This document shows positions 59,991 to 64,000 of a stretch of DNA of 64,000 nt, piece by piece. The notes beneath the pieces are model-generated. The model had not been told where the DNA came from and did not search any database. It saw nothing but the letters and a program-made list of their open reading frames with translations. The translations under genes were made by a program, and so were the position numbers. The first letter of the stretch is position 1. Every line of letters starts with the position of its first letter. Origin of the DNA: the human T2T-CHM13v2.0 reference genome, Homo sapiens; assembly GCF_009914755.1 (NCBI RefSeq), contig NC_060928.1; one strand, given 5' to 3'.

Positions 59991-60389
59991 ATAATTTTAA
60001 AAGTATTATCATATATAGTGTTATTAATATCAAAATGTTTGAGGTCAGAAAAATTGTAATATGAGTAAGTTATTTTACAACTGAGACATGTCAACATGAC
60101 AATCTAGAATTGTCAAGTCGATTGTTAGAAGAAGGTTCTCAAGGCTGGGGATTTATTGCATCCTACATTGCTTCAAGCTTAACATAGAATTTTCCAACCC
60201 ATGAAGCTTCACTATATTCTTGATACCTAGGAAACAGTTCAATTGGAATATTTTCTACTATAATATAAATTTGTCAATTTCTTCTTGTCATTCTGTCAAA
60301 TAATATGCAATGAGGTGTATTTCAATTTAACATTATATTCTTTTTCCTGGTAGTTTTTTTTTAAATCATAATGAGGTAATGACCTTCAT
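59168..60389. repeat. ~185-bp dispersed direct repeat (59168-59352 and 60204-60389)
   Basis: AAGCTTCACTATATTCTTGATACCTAGGAAACAGTTCAAT...TGACCTTCAT is present twice, with about ten differences counted by eye. Confidence 0.97.
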
Positions 60390-60736
60390 TAGCCTTATTT
60401 TTTTTATTTAACATTCTTCAATCTTCTGTGTTAATACAGCAGCATTAACTCTGTTTCTTAACTTTTAAATTTCAATCTTTTTGTGTTCTTGTAAGTGGTG
60501 TATAGCTGGATTTGGAGAAAAAAATCTAAAGGTATTATCTTCTTTGTAACTGGTGAGCTGCTATCATTTTGGATATTTTTTTATTTGTTACTTCCATCCA
60601 CTTTTCCCACTGTCCTTAACCCTGCTTTTTCTCTTTTTTTTCCATCTTACCTTCCTTGTAATTGATTGGGGTTAGCATCCTCCTTTTTACTGCCTTTATT
60701 TTGAACAACTGATACCATATTTCTATTTCATAGTGA

Positions 60737-61121
<385 letters not shown>

Positions 61122-62089
61122 TAAAAGCAAATATCACCATTATGCTTGTTGAAAATAATTGGGGATCTTAGACTCCTTCAATTCAGACTACCAACTTCTG
61201 TGGTACATGCTGCATATTTCAGCATTATAATTCTACCCATTGCATATTCATCATATTAGTCATTTTCTTATTGTTACTTCTGCCTCCCCATGTCAATTTT
61301 TCCTCTTGAATCTTTCATTTAGGATCCATGTTTTTTCCCAAATACTTCATCACTATTTTCCAGTTTTATAGTATTAGAAATAATTTCCCTTAGTCTTTTT
61401 CGAAAGTGACTTTATTTCATGAACTGTTGTTGAGTCATGGTTTCATTGCACAAAATTATACTATTTTTTTCTACTGTCAGCAATTTGAAAATGTTAGAAT
61501 AGTTTGTACCATACATAAATTTAAGCATACTCAATATTATGTGGCACATTACACTACCTCACTGTATTTCTGTGTGTTTTTGAGAATGTTGTAATTTAAA
61601 AGAAGTTCACTCCACAGCCACCTAATTCCTCTGACTTGAGTTATATTCAAGTGTCTCAAAATGTGACACAGACATTATCTTGCTACTTGCCATGCCCTTA
61701 CCATTGACATTGAAGAGTGGTACAAATGCAGTCACTCATCCATCTCCTTGCTCTAATTCATCCTAGGTCAACTGAAAAAGTGTTTGATGACAACTTGCAG
61801 CATAGAGACAGAGAAGACACACGGGCATATGCTTTGGACTACAAAATCCCTAAAGTGTCCTTCCAAATGTTAAATGAGGATTCTATAAAAGAAGCAACAA
61901 TGTTGATTATTTAATTATAGTATTGAAAGAAGTGCTATAGTGAGTCAACTTGGCTCACAATACAAGACACTTGAAGACTAGAGCATGCTCTTGGGTTCTT
62001 AATAAACTGTGATCTGTTTGTACCTCCAGGTGAACATGGTTGTTTTGACCTTATTGAAGTTTACACCTTTACCTGTTAGTGTCCTTTAT

Positions 62090-62490
62090 CTTCTAACATC
62101 TATTGTTGCCTTTGAAAAATCTGTTGGGAATTTTCTAAGTCTGATCATTCGTAAGGTAACTTTTCTTTTTAGGTTATGGGTTGTTTTTCTTATCCCTTAT
62201 CTTTTTCTTTCTTCTCTGCCTTTTACTGGTATATATCTAGAAATATATTTTAAAATACTTTTCCAGACTTCATAAGTTTTTATAATATGAGATTATATGT
62301 TTCATCAACTCTGAAATATCCTCAGTCATTCTTTTCTTTGAATACTGTCTTCCTAATTCTCTTTATTGTATCCTTCTGGAATTCTTTTCCAAAGATTCTC
62401 TGGACATTCTCATTTCTTCTCCATGTCTCTCCAATTTTCTTATATTTTCTTTATTTCTCGATCTTTCCTTCTAAGCAAAGCTTGTGAAAA
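62090..62490 (-). mobile_element. Degraded L1ME-type ORF1 fragment
   Basis: CTTCTAACATCTATTGTTGCCTTTGAAAAATCTG and CTCTGAAATATCCTCAGTCATTCTTTTCTTTGAATACTG, antisense L1M-like. Confidence 0.55.
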
Positions 62491-64000
62491 TTAATGCTAT
62501 TCTCTTTCATGGGCTCTTACCCTGGGATGTCAGTTATATAGAAAAAAAAAGCAATATTCAAGAACGAGAATCTATTCTTGGTCTTTGGAGATCAAGTCAG
62601 TGTTAATTTAAATATGAGTTTATTGGCCCTATTTTCCTTCAGATTTAGAGGGATCTGTGATTCTTTTCAATGCTGCGGCAATGTGTAACTTTCCTAGCCG
62701 GAAAACAGTGCACTTTTCCCTGAAAATGATAACTCAACTCTCCATAATGTCTCTTTCTAGTATCAAAATTACATGGTATATAAGTTCCACAGAAGGGTAA
62801 ATATGTAAGTAATAGCATACAATCTTAATGATTTTAATCTTATTGAAACACTTATGCAAGTTAAAATTTTAGTTTTGCTCTTGCTTGTAATTTTGTGGCA
62901 AATTTTCTCCATTTTTTTCTAGATTTGAATGGAATTTAAAAATATCCCTAAACTGTTACTTTATGATTAAGAATATGATCATTGAGGGCAAACAAGAAGA
63001 GATGATTTTACACTATTGTCATGAGGCAATTTTTCAAAAGACAATTTTTAATGAATCAGCAATTGCTGTTTTGATACTATAAAAGATGCAATGTTTAAGA
63101 TATAACTCGCTTTTCAGGAAGTTCATGAGGACCTTCAATTAATACAGTAAGAACAAACTAATAAGACATAAGATGTTTAGGAAAAGAAATATGCCTCTTG
63201 AGTTCTCATCAGATATACTTTTAACAGAGTTACAAAAAAAGAAAACCTTAAATTCCTTCATGTGCATAATGAAACACTAACGATGTTATCCTTGAGAAGA
63301 TATTTTTTCTGTGGAATGTATCCATATGGCCTTCAAATTCTTGAACACCCTACAATGACATTCTAATCGAAGAACAACAGAAGAGAGGTCAAAGAAAATA
63401 AAGCTTTAAATAGTCCAAGAAATTTCCCACATTTTAACCTTCATCTGTAGCCTCCATTTTTTTACCCCTTCTCTCAGTTTCCCCATACAAGGTTATCTGA
63501 GGGTTTTTCCCCACTGCTTCCCACCTTTTTCCTCTTCTGCTTTATCCTGTTTAAGCTACAATGTCTAATGTCTACAGTTCTGGGTACATATTGTGAGACA
63601 TATATATGTTGATTTTTCTTTCACAGTGCAAAGTATCTAAATAGAAGAAGCTATTTTTGCAGGAATGATATGGCCTTTTGCTTTCTGTTCCCTGGTCAAC
63701 TCAAAGTAAAGATAGAGAGCTCCATTAAATCTCTTTTTAATCGTGTAAGTGCCCTGATGCAATTGTCTCACAATACAAAACCATTATGTTAGACATAAAT
63801 TAAGGCATACACAAGACATTACAATGGTATTTAAAGTGAAATATTTATGAAGTGATTTAAATACTAATGACACAGCATTCCTAAAGGAGTCCTAAAGGAC
63901 AAGAACATTCCACACCAGCATTTTAGTCCCTCAGTCTGTTGCATGTTGCATATATTGTTTCTCATTACTCAAGTTTGTAGAAATGTAACCAGGAGATAGA

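Overview
Human genomic DNA (it carries a human-specific AluYb8). It is AT-rich, roughly two-thirds recognisable interspersed repeats, and intergenic or deep-intronic. I found no host protein-coding gene, tRNA, rRNA or CRISPR array. The long ORFs are LINE-1 remnants or by-products of a trinucleotide repeat. Main landmarks: (1) a decayed ~7.7 kb ancient L1 (3.6-11.3 kb) with nested LTRs, Alus and a 32-bp minisatellite; (2) a MER85 piggyBac MITE with a perfected binding palindrome; (3) a ~3.4 kb degenerate (CCA)n/(TGG)n array with ~0.5 kb higher-order units, lying inside the LTR of an internally deleted ERVL-class provirus; (4) a twin-primed, 5'-inverted L1PA4/5 (47.3-52.1 kb); (5) two short insertions apparently copied from DNA about 1 kb away. 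I cannot support a claim of a new biological system. The best leads are the CCA array, which is dense in PRDM9-type 13-mers, and the locally templated insertions. Repeat family names come from recalled consensus sequences, not a database search, and the boundaries of old elements are approximate.
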